Assembly (NCBI GenBank): GCA_021613535.1
Contig: CP075492.1
Span: 14,384,001-14,448,000 of the forward strand
DNA: 64,000 nt
Source of the DNA: Adineta vaga
Taxonomy: Eukaryota; Animalia; Rotifera
Direction of reading: 5' to 3'
Part shown: one piece after another, positions 1 to 12,678 of the stretch
Layout: every line of letters begins with the position of its first letter
Position numbering within the stretch: position 1 is the first letter of the stretch
Made by a program: the position numbers and the translations under genes
Notes under the pieces: model-generated
The model's database searches: none
What the model was told of the DNA's origin: nothing
Seen by the model: only the letters and a program-made list of their open reading frames with translations

Positions 1-945
1 CTAGTTATCTTTCAGATATTGTATATGTATTGATATTAAGGAACAGATTAATTTATTATATCGATATCGAGTAAAATTTGGTGATTGTTGATGCAGGAAA
101 GAGAAAATACGATTATTCTGTGGTAATATGTTTGGTTTAACTGAAGATGAAGATTAAAATAGAAGGGTCAATATCGATATAATTTTGCATTTCTGAATAT
201 TGATCTCTCGTTATATTTGTTCGTCTAAACCAGCAACAACATAGCGAGAACTTACTGTGACACTTTTAGATGAATAGAAGCTTTCGCGTTGATGGAGCTA
301 CGCTTTCTTTTATTTGTTTATATTATATATTGCATCGTGTTGATGGAAAATACTTGCTTATATATTCGCCAAATCGGAGAGAATAACCAAGAGAAAATAA
401 GTTGAGGACAATACATAATAAAGAAGGAAATATCGACTAAATATTCTACTTTTTAGTCAGCGTACAGATACCCGATTGATTCAATATATCTGCAGAGAAA
501 AAGTCAAGAAAAATGGGTACTGATGAATTTTTGAACACATGGACTGTGAGCATTAGATGGATACCTGATATCGTCACATTCACATACATCTATATGACGC
601 AATCGATAAGAGATTCAGTTATTCAATCAATTTGACGTCATCAAATTTTGTGCATTATTATTTATCTCTATACATCCTTTTCCTCTTTCACATTATATTA
701 TAACATGTGTTGCTTATTTGACAATTGGATATTTTATCATGTCGTTTTTCCCTTTTTTTTAGTCTCTAAATCTATATAAATATATCGGGAAATCAAATAC
801 AATAAAAGCGAAAGAAAGATTCTTAAATTGTAGTTTCATAGAATTCATATTGTAACAGGTGAATCTACTGTAAGCTGTCAAGGAGAATAGAACGTTTAAT
901 GAATCTAGTATTTTTATTTGTTTTATTATATTCTAGTTTTAATCA

Positions 946-2175
946 ATGAATACTAATTCGACAGTACAAACAACAACTGTTCAGTACAAAATATCGTATG
1001 ATAGTTTACAAATGTACTTGATTAAATACATCTTTTTTCTCCTACTAGATGTTTCCATAATCGAAAGAAAAAGATACAGTGTATGATTTTATCGATCTTT
1101 CTTGGTATGTTCATCTTAATAGGAATCATAGTTCCAGTAATAATTGTTGGTAAATTCTCTGAGATAACTGTACAATCCACTTTTATGACAACGAGAACTA
1201 TGGAGCTATCAACTACAAAACAGACAAGTACTACACGAGGTATTATCACACCACAACCTACGACCACCAAACCTACAATATTATCAACTACAACACCTAA
1301 AAGAGGTATTTAATAAAAACGAAGATGAACATGTATAATTAAAAGAAACTATCACAACAAACCTTTTCTCTTAACAGTATCGAATATTTGAGTTCGTTGT
1401 GAATATAGATAATCGATGTGAAACAACATCTACTTTAGTAACACGTCAGCAATCATTTAAAAAGAACAGTTAGAGTATAAAACCATATGTATCTTCGAAG
1501 TCATCCAACGGAAAATATTTCTTACATGTCAATGCGCTTAAAATAACGATTTATCGAAAGTTTTTGAAAAAATCTTGCATTTATCTATAAAATAATTTTG
1601 TAGTTTTAATACCACTGTACACCGTTAATGGGTCAATTATGGGAATATATAACACAACTATAGGTGGAAATAGTTTACCATCAACACCTGGCTTTGAAAC
1701 TGGTCAATACCCACCAAAACTCAAGCCACATAATGTATGTGATGGTGACATATCAACAAAATATCAAAATTTTGGACATTGTTCAGTAACTTTCATGAAT
1801 GGTACATGTGGTTCAGGTACGGGTTTGTATTTTGAATTAGAACGTAGTACAATGATAGTCACTGCTCTAAGAATTTGCGTAGACAAAAAAAGGCCCCCAC
1901 GTGAACCGAAAACAGTGTCATTGGAAGGAAGTAATCTTTCGAGAGGAGCGCTCACTTTTGGTACAAGTTGGACTCTTTTGTATAATGGTGCGACTGGATT
2001 TACGTCAGATTATCTGCGGGATGAATGTGGTCCGTTACAATCATTCAGTAACTCAGTGCCATACAAAAGCTATCGATTTCTCGTTTCAAGCACGAACATC
2101 AACACAGACAGTACCGAATACTCTGATTTGGAACTATATGAAGATGAATTGTTGCATACGAATGGATCTTCATAA
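946..2175 (+). CDS. Type II membrane protein: TM helix, Thr-rich stalk, C-terminal discoidin/galactose-binding-like domain (multi-exon)
   Basis: ATG 946; GT-AG intron 996-1048 joins in frame to ORF 1083 (TM ILSIFLGMFILIGIIVPVIIV plus Thr-rich stalk); phase-1 donor 1306, possible mini-exon 1409-1444, exon start 1604 in frame with ORF 1639-2175 (CDGDISTKY...SLEGSN...YKSYRFLV...EYSDLELY). Confidence 0.65.
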
Positions 2176-2536
2176 AACAAAATTCATTGATTCGCTTCAT
2201 TTTCTCAAAACTTCGATTTTTTCCTGATATTTCGATGATATCTCTATATGTAGTTTTTTGCTTTCATCTGTATGCTTTATTTATTGAAAAATTATAATTT
2301 TCGTGGGTGGTAATCATTTTCAAACATCATCCATTGTTCTTTAGTTCACACATTTTATTTGAGCATAAACAAGATGTATCGCCATGTATCGGAAGATTGT
2401 AGTGCACTCAAAAATGTCTGACTCATATTTTTCTTATCTTCAAAAACTTTGAATTAATACGTTATTTCAATTCTGTGATGTAATTACATATTTATAAAAG
2501 AATCACGCTCTGCATTGAAGTCGTCTATACTATACA

Positions 2537-3574
2537 ATGCCTGCTTCAAATAACAAATACAATCGAACATTACCAAAATTATATCAATATCCAAATTGGG
2601 AAGTACCTGCATCGAATATTATCCAGACTCATTCATTATTATCTTTATCTGGATATAAAGAAACGCTTAAACAAAACCAATCGACTATTCCACATCTTGT
2701 TGGTTTATCACGACCAGAAGCTAATTATATTTTATTGAATGAAACATTCTATGGATTATTAATCAAAGAACATTATCGATTAAATGAATCTTATCTGTTA
2801 GAAAATGTTCAGAACGAAGATGAAACATTAGATATCGATGAAGAAGAAGCATTTCGTCTTGAATTAAAACGTACGCTAAATGAACTGGATAGAGAGCCTT
2901 GTGAACGAAGAATTGTTGAATTGAAGAATGATTCTACTAAACTATTTCCTGCTTTAAATCAATTGAAACATGGAGATATAATACAATTTCGAAATGAACG
3001 ATTACAATTTTCTTTTTTTGTTTATCAAGCAAAAAAAGGTACATTTGAACAATTATTAAATCAATTTCAACTCTATATTCGAAAATTTCTCGAAGAAAAT
3101 GATGATTCAATTCATAATGTTCAATCATTGTCTACTAATGAATATGAATTCATCTTAATTCCAACGATTGAACCTGATGGATATGGTATTCCATCTGTAT
3201 TCAATGATGCACCATTATATTATTTTAAACATTTATCACCTGGTGTGATGTATCGTTGGATTTATGTGAATTTAATTGATCAATCAATGCCGATTTATGA
3301 TTATATTCAACGAGATATTCAATTGAAAAAACAATGTCCAACCTATCGAACATTGGTGAATGAAGCTGGCATCACTGATAGTTTAATTGATGAAGAAGAT
3401 GGTGAAGAAATGACTATTGAAGATTTAGAAACATTTCCAAATGATTATGTATGTCTTTATGATGAAGTGAAATCAAAATTAAATATTGAATGGAGAAACA
3501 TTGATGCGAATGATTATTGTAATCGATATTCGGCAATGTATTTACTAACTAAATGGACACAACAACTACAATGA
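2537..3574 (+). CDS. Hypothetical protein, 345 aa, intronless
   Basis: Long ATG-initiated ORF in AT-rich DNA with protein-like composition; no motif recognised. Confidence 0.7.
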   Translation: MPASNNKYNRTLPKLYQYPNWEVPASNIIQTHSLLSLSGYKETLKQNQSTIPHLVGLSRPEANYILLNETFYGLLIKEHYRLNESYLLENVQNEDETLDIDEEEAFRLELKRTLNELDREPCERRIVELKNDSTKLFPALNQLKHGDIIQFRNERLQFSFFVYQAKKGTFEQLLNQFQLYIRKFLEENDDSIHNVQSLSTNEYEFILIPTIEPDGYGIPSVFNDAPLYYFKHLSPGVMYRWIYVNLIDQSMPIYDYIQRDIQLKKQCPTYRTLVNEAGITDSLIDEEDGEEMTIEDLETFPNDYVCLYDEVKSKLNIEWRNIDANDYCNRYSAMYLLTKWTQQLQ

Positions 3575-4120
3575 GTCGGCATAGTTTATTGCTTATTTCT
3601 TTCGTTTGTATTGAGGGTGGGTGAGTGTAAGGAATATTATGAAAGTGTTGATGTGAGTTACTTATTTATAATTCAATCCTACCAACATTCTCAAACACAC
3701 TCTCACCCACTACAAATTCTCGGACAAATTACAATTATAAGTTGCTTTGGCCAGTTTCAGCCTTCCTGAATTAAATAGTTTTGCCACATATATAAAATAT
3801 GATTCCGAAGTAATTTTATGAAAACAAATACGAATCGTAGTCATCCGAAGTCAAGATAATTATTTCGCATAATTGATGATCGATAGTATCTAAGTAGCTA
3901 TTTTCGCAACTTTAGGAAGAGCTTAACAAAATAATCAACCTAATTTGAATTTCATACTGAAGTCTCTTGTACTGCCAGTGACTTATATAATATTTCTTTG
4001 AAATTACTCAATGATAGGACACTCGCTTTGTTTTTCGAACAAATAATTGTTTAATATACGATGACAAAATACGTTCTGTTCAATTGATCAGAAGCGATTC
4101 GATTTCAATACTATTCAGTA

Positions 4121-4214
4121 AGTGGTGTGACATATCCTCTGTTTCTGAGACGCCCCATCAACTCTCACATAAGAGGAGGGTGCGCTCCCAAAACACAAGT
4201 TATGTGACACTACT
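4121..4214. repeat. Small degenerate inverted repeat (possible MITE remnant)
   Basis: agtggtgtgacata at 4121 versus tatgtgacactact at 4201-4214 (reverse complement agtagtgtcacata); arms continue imperfectly for ~30 nt. Confidence 0.35.
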
Positions 4215-4971
4215 GCAAAAATAGAACAAACTTTCCCACACTCGTTGTTTACTCTTAGCATACAACTCTGATTTCCTGGTGAATGAATTCGTTTTAATGA
4301 CCTTTCATATTTAAACGATTCTTTTCACTCCTTATTTTGAGCTTGGCCTACGTTTCGTTCTTTCCTCACATTTGCACAACTCATCAGAATGACCTATGAA
4401 CACACTTTGACTGAAAACCATCTTCACACACTCGTCTTTGACAGCTCGAGTTATGCAGCAAGAAACTAAGTATTTTCAGAAGTAAAACTAAAATCCATTG
4501 CAGAGTTCAAGAAAATTGAAACCTTTGAAATGTATTCATGCAATATAAAGTATGCAAGCGTTGCATAACTATACAGAATATATTTCGGTTTTGTGACCCA
4601 AAAGTTGCATTTTATTCAAAGAAACAACCCTATACGTACGGGATTGATTTTCATACGGCTATCCTCGTTCCAAAAAAACGTAAAAATCGATAATCTAGAT
4701 ATTGGTCAAACGAGCTGGAAACCTACAGTGCCTTTCTAACTGTGTAGTGAATTCTTTTCAGCATCTTTATATTCATTGCAATATCTTTGAAACCATAAAC
4801 TTCGAAATTCCAACGATTCAAACATACCAATCAGAGAGAAGTTTTAAAAATTGGTTTATGAACATAGAAGAACTCTCATAAAAAGAAAAATATAAAAAAT
4901 ACAAGTTCTTTGCTAGTACTCGGAGGCTTTAGAGCTTGTAGAAGGCCGGACTTTATCGATTGCTTACTTTT

Positions 4972-6156
4972 TATTCTATTGATTATACAGCGTTTACAGC
5001 ATGTTAGGCAAACAAAATGTAGAGAATGGCGACTGATTTGCATTCGATTGGTTATTCGGCGTTTGCAGCATGTTAGACCAAGGGGGACTAGAGAATGGCG
5101 ACGGATATGCATTCGATTGATTATTCAGCGTTTCCAGTGTGTTAGACCAAGGGGGACTCGAGAATGACGACTGATTTGCATTCGATTGATTATTCAGCGT
5201 TTCCAGTGTGTTAGACCAAGGGGGACTCGAGAATGACGACTGATTTGCATTCGATTGATTATTCAGCGTTTCCAGTGTGTTAGACCAAGGGGGACTCGAG
5301 AATGACGACTGATTTGCATTCGATTGATTATTCAGCGTTTCCAGTGTGTTAGACCAAGGGGGACTCGAGAATGACGACTGATTTGCATTCGATTGATTAT
5401 TCAGCGTTTCCAGTGTGTTAGACCAAGGGGGACTCGAGAATGACGACTGATTTGCATTCGATTGATTATTCAGCGTTTCCAGTGTGTTAGACCAAGGGGG
5501 ACTCGAGAATGACGACTGATTTGCATTCGATTGATTATTCAGCGTTTCCAGTGTGTTAGACCAAGGGGACTCGAGAATGACGACTGATTTGCATTCGATT
5601 GATTATTTCAGCGTTTCCAGTGTGTTAGACCAAGGGGGACTCGAGAATGACGACTGATTTGCATTCGATTGATTATTCAGCGTTTCCAGTGTGTTAGACC
5701 AAGGGGGACTCGAGAATGACGACTGATTTGCATTCGATTGATTATTCAGCGTTTCCAGTGTGTTAGACCAAGGGGGACTCGAGAATGACGACTGATTTGC
5801 ATTCGATTGATTATTCAGCGTTTCCAGTGTGTTAGCCCAACGAGGTCTAGGATATGTCGGCGTATTATTGTTCGATTGATTATTCGGCGTTTGCGGTCTG
5901 TTAGCCCAACGAGGTCTAGGATATGTCGGCGTATTATTGTTCGATTGATTATTCGGTGTTTGCGGTCTGTTAGCCCAACGAGGTCTAGGATATGTCGGCG
6001 TATTATTGTTCGATTGATTATTCGGCGTTTGCGGTCTGTTAGCCCAACGAGGTCTAGGATATGTCGGCGCATTTGCGTTCGATTGATTATTCGGCGTTTG
6101 CAGTCTGTTAGCCCAACGAGGTCTAGCATATGTCGGTGTATTCGTGTTCGATTCAT
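4972..6156 (-). repeat. Coding tandem array of 69-nt units (~17 copies, two subtypes)
   Basis: 10 near-identical units encoding SSPPWSNTLETLNNQSNANQSSF (marker at 5147-5768, period 69), 5 units encoding PRWANRPQTPNNQSNNNTPTYPR (5831-6107), and ~2 diverged terminal units. Confidence 0.95.
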
Positions 6157-8056
6157 AAGATGGCATTTGTTGTGGGTGATCGACAAGGATAACATCTGTC
6201 AACCGATTTTCGTTTGAGTGGCCGCCTTTCTTTCCCTGAATGGTCGCAGGGGGCGTTGTATCATATTGATTAGGTCCGAACCCACGAAAGCTGTTGGGAT
6301 TACTTTCATTTATGGATGTTTCAGTGTTTGGCATTAAATATCCTTTGCCATTAGTTTTTGATGGTTGTTGATTTACGCACTGATTCCAGATGGAATCACG
6401 GAAAGTGTCTTGCGGTGTAGGAGTACTATGATCACAATTTGCCTATTAATAGTAAAGAACGATCACTATGATAACATATCTCAAACTGTTACTTGATGCT
6501 CGAGGAGGTTATCAGCGTAGCATGCTTCTCCACAGTACTCACACGGAATTTGTACTTTGATGGGCGTCTGACTTATTATACTAACACGATAGAAATTATT
6601 CATTTTTAATAAGAAACTTAAAGAAATCTACCATCTCTGCTGTTCCATTCGAATTTGTTCTTGTTGACGGCAAATGCCCTGAGAATGAAAAAAAACAGAG
6701 TTTGCGTGATTGTAAAATGGCTCTTTACAATATGAGTCGACCAATCAGAACGATCAATCAATGCGTCACAAAATTCACATGGAATAACAACATTGTCTTG
6801 AGAAGAGGGAACCTGTGTTTGATCTAAAAGCAAAATTCAAGAATAGAATAGAATAGAATAGAAGAATGAAGCAACACTTACTTGGAAATTTATTGACAAC
6901 CTTAGATGACGATGAATGCCTGCTGAAAATAAAAGAACGTCATTAGTTATGAAAGACCGAAACTAAACAACTTTATATAGTTGTCGACTGACTTCGTGTC
7001 AATTGATGACAATAACTCTTTTAAGTCTATGAAAGATGGACGCTTGACAGCTTCTAAATTCCAGCACTGATTGACGATTGTCCAAAGAGAATGACCGCAG
7101 AGGAATGGTTGTTGAAGTCTTTCGTCATTTAATTTTCGTTTTCGAACATCATTGTCATCATGTAGAGAGCTGTATGGTAATTGTCCATGAGAAAGAGCTT
7201 CCCACATGAGAACACCCATCGCATAAATATCAGACTTTTCTGAATAGTTTGATCGATCAGGATTCCGAAGAATTTCGGGGGAAACATATCGCGTAGGAAC
7301 GACTGTCATTGTGGACGTCGATGGACTATCTACCATAGAATAAACGGTGCTTCCACGTGTTAAGCCAAAGTCAGTTAATTTAACTAAATTCTCCTTTGGC
7401 TTGTTTGGATTTGAACGAAAAACGAGAACATTTCGACAAGCTAAATCTCCGTGAATAATACCATTGTCAACAAGACAGATCATAGCGTCACATATTTGTT
7501 CAAAGATTCTTCTTAAAACTTGTTCCGTCGGTTTGAATCCATTTTCGCGAAGTAATTCAGAAAGATCACCATGCGGAGCATATTCTTGCAGAAGCATGAC
7601 AGAACCGGGATTCGATTGGACAAGTCCGAAAGTACGAACAATGTTTGGATGACAACTGAGTTGAACATAAAATGATGCCTCACGATTGGCTTTTGCTCCA
7701 TCAATTTTCAATAAAATAATCGGTGGTCCACTCCGATTAGTCCATTCAACTTCATAAATTGATTTACCGAATCCTTGAAATAATGGTCTCGTTCTTGTTT
7801 TTCGAATATCTACATCGAGTTGAAAGTGATACTGAGTTTGTTGTGACTGAGATGCACTTTTCCATTCTTCGATCATTTTCTTCACCGTATAATTTGTTTT
7901 TAATGAATTTACACTCATCGGCTGTCGTGTAATAGGACTTGTTTTATTTCTTGATAACCATTCTGTAATTGCTACTCTTTCATATGTGTGCCCATCATCA
8001 CCTACAACAGGATCTTCAAATATTTCGCCTGTTATGGGACATTTGCATGACTCCAT
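4994..8056 (-). CDS. U-box + tyrosine-kinase-like (non-RD) protein with CxxC...H zinc-finger-like motifs and a 23-aa repeat tail (multi-exon)
   Basis: U-box CPITGEIFEDPVVGDDGHTYER..I..W...SPITR; kinase HGDLACRNVLV, DFGL, VSPE, SDIYAMGVLMWE; short exons with IPCEFC..H and IPCEYC..H; repeat exon stays in frame to TAA 4994-4996 once compensating indels at ~5565 and ~5607 are allowed. Confidence 0.8.
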
Positions 8057-8345
8057 GCGCACACGTTAAGAATCACAACTTCCTAATTATTGTAGAAAAA
8101 AAGAATGAAATGGATGAATATCAAATCACAGCTTGCTTTTATAGTCTATGAGGACGAGAAAGTGTGTATTTTTCTTCGTCAAACACGGTGTTACCTTTGT
8201 AAAAGAAGATATATCTTATCACAGTGTCTCTGTTTTTCTGCAGAAAAAGGTGAAACAATGATTCACCTGTATAGAGATGTGTATTTTATTGCAATGAAAT
8301 GAAATAGAGAACTCTCTTTAACTCAAAGCATCTTATTTTGAAATT

Positions 8346-9221
8346 TTAAGTGTACATTTGTGTAGCATCAAATGGTCCTTCATCACTGATGAATGATGCC
8401 AATGCTGGATTTCGTAGTATATCATATATGTCATACCATTGACCATTGATTGTCACCATACGATTAACTAATCGTATACCATGACTGTAATCTTTATAGA
8501 AACGATCATGTGATTTATAATTTAATGGTTGAATCATTTGACCAGATGGATACCACCATCCTACGATAGCTACATTTTGTGGGTATGTTAATAGTCCAGT
8601 AGTGATCACTACATCTTTTTTTTGACCGCTAACTAATTCTCCAGGGGTTTTATTTCCAAGTGCAGTTTGGATTTTCGTATTATGAAATACCATTCGTTCG
8701 GTTGACATCATTGATGAATCATAGGGTGGACCATTTGGACTAGGAGTTAGTTTTACTGTAGCTGCTTGCCAAATTTGATACGCCATTTTTTTCGTTGGTA
8801 AAACAGCACTAAATAAATCGGCAACTTTTCTTGCTGTTAATGGATTGAGTGGTGTTCGTAAATAATCTGTATTCGTGCCAACACAAAGAACATCAGGAAG
8901 AACCCAATATACGAGTGTATCATTACCGGCCTTAACCGAAATTGGAATAGGAGTTCGCATAAAATCAGGTATATTTCCAGCTTGAAATTGAGCCAAGATT
9001 AAATCTTCTCTCATTTGATTCGGACCAATATTCATAATTGAATTACCAAATGCTGTTCCAGTTATCGTACTTGATGGAATTGTAAATATTGGCATATCTG
9101 TTGCAGAAATATTCGACGATGCGCTAGCCTCAAAACCAGTATCATGAGCAAGACTTTCTATACAATTACTGGACAACATCACAAGCACAATAGTAAACCA
9201 TACGATGTTGGTTTGACACAT
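8346..9221 (-). CDS. Secreted protein of a bacterial-type uncharacterised family (HGT candidate)
   Basis: Signal peptide; intronless; motifs GNIPDF, LPTKKM, GQKKDVVI, VAIVGW..G..IQPL, DYSHGIRLV, ISDEG resemble a conserved bacterial hypothetical family (recalled, not searched). Confidence 0.75.
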   Translation of the reverse strand: MCQTNIVWFTIVLVMLSSNCIESLAHDTGFEASASSNISATDMPIFTIPSSTITGTAFGNSIMNIGPNQMREDLILAQFQAGNIPDFMRTPIPISVKAGNDTLVYWVLPDVLCVGTNTDYLRTPLNPLTARKVADLFSAVLPTKKMAYQIWQAATVKLTPSPNGPPYDSSMMSTERMVFHNTKIQTALGNKTPGELVSGQKKDVVITTGLLTYPQNVAIVGWWYPSGQMIQPLNYKSHDRFYKDYSHGIRLVNRMVTINGQWYDIYDILRNPALASFISDEGPFDATQMYT

Positions 9222-9715
9222 TTTTAACGAATAAATTTATCGTTTATGTTAAACTGAAAGGTATGGATTACATTTATAGATAGCAAAGAATGTCGATACC
9301 TATATCGGATGAAAATAAATGAATGTGAAAAAAACTGAATGCAACCATATGTTAAAATTAATTTCAATTCGTTTTCTTTTAAGAAAGAACGACGGATGAA
9401 TACAATATGTCAATATATCTTGTAAATCAGCTGAATTTTTTAGATTGTTTTTCTATTTAATAAATAACATATCAATGAAATTATTACGCCTTTCATATAG
9501 TACATGAAATTTAGATAAATCATTATCAAACATGATGATATTCACTTTGATCCGATTTCTTATTAATACAGAAAACGTTATTTTTCATGAAGAGATCATT
9601 CATAACTATACAGAAGATTAAACATTATGAATGTTGTGACAAAAAATGTTTTAATTGTGACGATTCGTATAGTCGCAGTTGCTGTTAGCACTGTTATTGA
9701 TATGTTTGTATTACT

Positions 9716-10189
9716 TTAGGTAGTCATTGATTCCGTGAAGGTTGTTGCCATCTCTGTCATTGATGCGTTCATAGTCGCTGTTGTATTCATTGCTGATGTG
9801 ATCATAGTTGTTGTTTCTGTTACTGATATGGATTCTTCTGTTTGAGTTTTACTGTTTGGAGCATAGGTTACCAGAAGTATCAGTGTCAGAATAATAAAAA
9901 ACATTACAACTATGGATAGTATCCGGCCTAGAGTTTGTTTGTTTTTCTGATCAAAACATCTAGCGAAAAGAAAGGACTATCCTAGATATTTAATAAAACA
10001 ATTTCGAATAATCCTACGATGTTTTCGATCGAACAGGTTTTTGAATATGCATCCATGCGTCTGAATCAATTGATTGTGTCTAAAAATAATATAGAATGAA
10101 ATCAAACAAAACAGTTTCAATTATTTGAATGTTTCCATTACGTCAAGAACTTCGACGACGCTAGGACTTTGAATTGATGTTGCAATCAT
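9716..10189 (-). CDS. Small TM + Thr-rich (mucin-like) protein, probably a truncated relative of the 946-2175 gene
   Basis: Short exons (MIATSIQSPSVVEVLD / ..KPVRSKTS / CFDQKNKQTLGRILSIVVMFFIILTLILLV + Thr-rich); TAA at 9716-9718 with Thr-rich codons continuing after it. Confidence 0.45.
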
Positions 10190-11760
10190 CTTCGTAGTTT
10201 TCGCAAGTATGATTTAAAATTGATGATAGATCTACAAGCATACTTTACACAAATAACAAAAACATTAAAAATATAACTACAACTAAAGTATACATAGAAG
10301 ATGAAGTATATAGCAATAACATCAACGGATATGATGTTAAGCAATGACAAGAGAATATTGTTTTAGTTTCTCGACACCTCTTCAGCAGAGAAATTAATGG
10401 GCACATGCTATCCAAAAGAAACAAAAAAAAGAAAAAAATACTTCTTTTTATTTTTGTTTTATTATAATAATTTTTCTAAAACAACTTGTGAGAAGTATTT
10501 TCTAGATTGTGTTTTTAAGTAAATTAACACATTTGCTTGGGGAAATATTAAGACGAGGAGAGAAGGAAAGTTCCTGCAACATATATTTTCTTCGTTGAAA
10601 ATTTAAATACTGATAGAACATATACTTTCAGGAGTGATGAACGATTTTCGATTAATCGAACTGTACGGGCCCACGTTGTATTCCTCCTTTAGAACCAAAA
10701 CGATGACTATTTTTTCAAACAATATACCTACATTCAGCAATATTATAACAACACGATTTTGTAGTCTTTGTTTTTAGTAAAATAATATTGTTCTGAACAA
10801 AGTAGACTTGCAAAAATGAAATGTAATACACAAAGACGTAACGTATGTAAATCATTCACTGATTAACTTAAATAGAAACACTTGTGTTAGTCGACGTCCA
10901 AAACTATCATTCGCAATCTTACGATCAAACCATGAATTATCGAATAAGTGACGCGCAATATATCTAACTAGAAAACGATTGAAAAGTGCAATGAATATTT
11001 AACTCTCGCAGTCACAACCTAACTGATTTTATCCTGTTCTGTTGAACATGTGTATTCAGATAATTCTTCAAGACAAATTTTACAATAAAATTATTTATAA
11101 GATAATCAGAAATCCTGTTTTCATAATTTTCGATCAGATTTCTGAAACATTATATTGATTAAAACTTCATATCTTTTCATTTGCATAGTCCTTGAAAAAT
11201 TTGAGCTCTGCCGGTAGAATAATTGAAATATTATATACTTTATTAATTTCGTATAAGAAAATCGTCGTGAGACATGATAATTTTACTTAACATTTGTTTT
11301 CTTCTACAAAACCATTTCAGTTACATCTCTCACAAATTTTACCATGAAATATGATTTCTATTAGCTAATTGAATGTATCCTTCAGTCACGTATTATTTCT
11401 CTAATACATATTCAACTTGAAGGTCAGATTTGATAAGATAGACATATTTCAATTTAACTAATTTAACTGTATGTCTATTTTGAAAATTTACACACATAAT
11501 TATGGCAATGCAGCACAATATTGTTTAGTCTTTCTCAAAATAAAATCGATCTATTTTAATCCTATATTCAGCAAGAAAGACAGTTTCGATAACGAAAAAG
11601 CAAATGAGTTCATAATTATAAAATATTCTTTATAATTCTTCGAGTTTCCTTTCTACATTTGAATCTTCTTCAATATGAACGATACCTAGTTGATTTTATT
11701 CATAGATAAATAATTCTTAATAGAGCTCCACAAATTAGTAGTTTTATTCATTTCAACAAT

Positions 11761-12678
11761 TCAAGTAAATGTTGGTCCAATGCGAGTAGGTTTTGAAGTG
11801 AACTTTTTCTTCAAAGATATCTTCAACGGTTCAGCCACTTGAAACAGAGCAATCATCATAAATGCCAATGAAACAACAATAAATATATATGCAATACGAA
11901 AATGATATTTGGGTGCAGAATTAAAAAATGACATAAGAATAAAGAGAACATATGGTAAACCAAGAATAACTAGAAATAAAACAATAGATACAATACGTGT
12001 AGTCATTCGTAATTCTCGTTTTGCACGTGATAAGATATTTATTGGAGTTACACGTTTACCCATGTCTTTAACATATAAAATCATTTTGAAATAGATAAAA
12101 ATAATTGCACTTAATGGAAATATATAAATATAAAATGCATTGAATATAGTGAGAAATGAAAAGCGTAAAGGCATTTGACAAATTTGATCATCAAGAAGAT
12201 ATTTGATTTGATCTGTAATTAATAACAAAATAAGATAGAGAAGTCCACAAAACCAAGTTAAACCAATGAGAAAAGCTTGCAAACGAATAGATTGCCAGAT
12301 TAAACGAGTTGGATATATAACAGTTACGTATCGATAGATTGCTTGTAATAAATATGAATACATTTGTATCATTGTTATTGAATAACTAAATGAACCAGCA
12401 AAAAGACACCAATTATTAATCAATTCTCTTTGTTTAAAATCATTTTCTAATGTAAATGAACTAATTATTAATACATCAAGTGCATAAATTAATTGAGAGA
12501 AATAAGAATTCGATACAAGCAACATGGGAATAGAATGACATGTTCGATCATTGAAAATAATTAACAGACAAATTAAAGCAAGAATAATTGCAATAGTAGC
12601 ACAGATAATCTTGAGAATATCAATTGGTATAAACCAAGATTCCACATGTATTGTAAATGTGTTATTATTCGTTGACAT
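11761..12678 (-). CDS. Rhodopsin-like orphan GPCR
   Basis: Seven hydrophobic segments; QAIYRY (DRY-equivalent), ECL2 Cys, LGLPY in TM6; likely ATG 12678. Confidence 0.85.
   Translation of the reverse strand: MSTNNNTFTIHVESWFIPIDILKIICATIAIILALICLLIIFNDRTCHSIPMLLVSNSYFSQLIYALDVLIISSFTLENDFKQRELINNWCLFAGSFSYSITMIQMYSYLLQAIYRYVTVIYPTRLIWQSIRLQAFLIGLTWFCGLLYLILLLITDQIKYLLDDQICQMPLRFSFLTIFNAFYIYIFPLSAIIFIYFKMILYVKDMGKRVTPINILSRAKRELRMTTRIVSIVLFLVILGLPYVLFILMSFFNSAPKYHFRIAYIFIVVSLAFMMIALFQVAEPLKISLKKKFTSKPTRIGPTFT

Noticed and set aside
4972-6156. CRISPR-like appearance of the regular repeat array
   Set aside because: Units are contiguous with no unique spacers, the period is a multiple of 3 inside a coding exon, and no cas genes are present
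4876-6217. Arg/Ile-rich ORFs (4876-5112, 4910-5167, 5807-6217, 5815-6195)
   Set aside because: Alternative or antisense frames kept open by the tandem repeat
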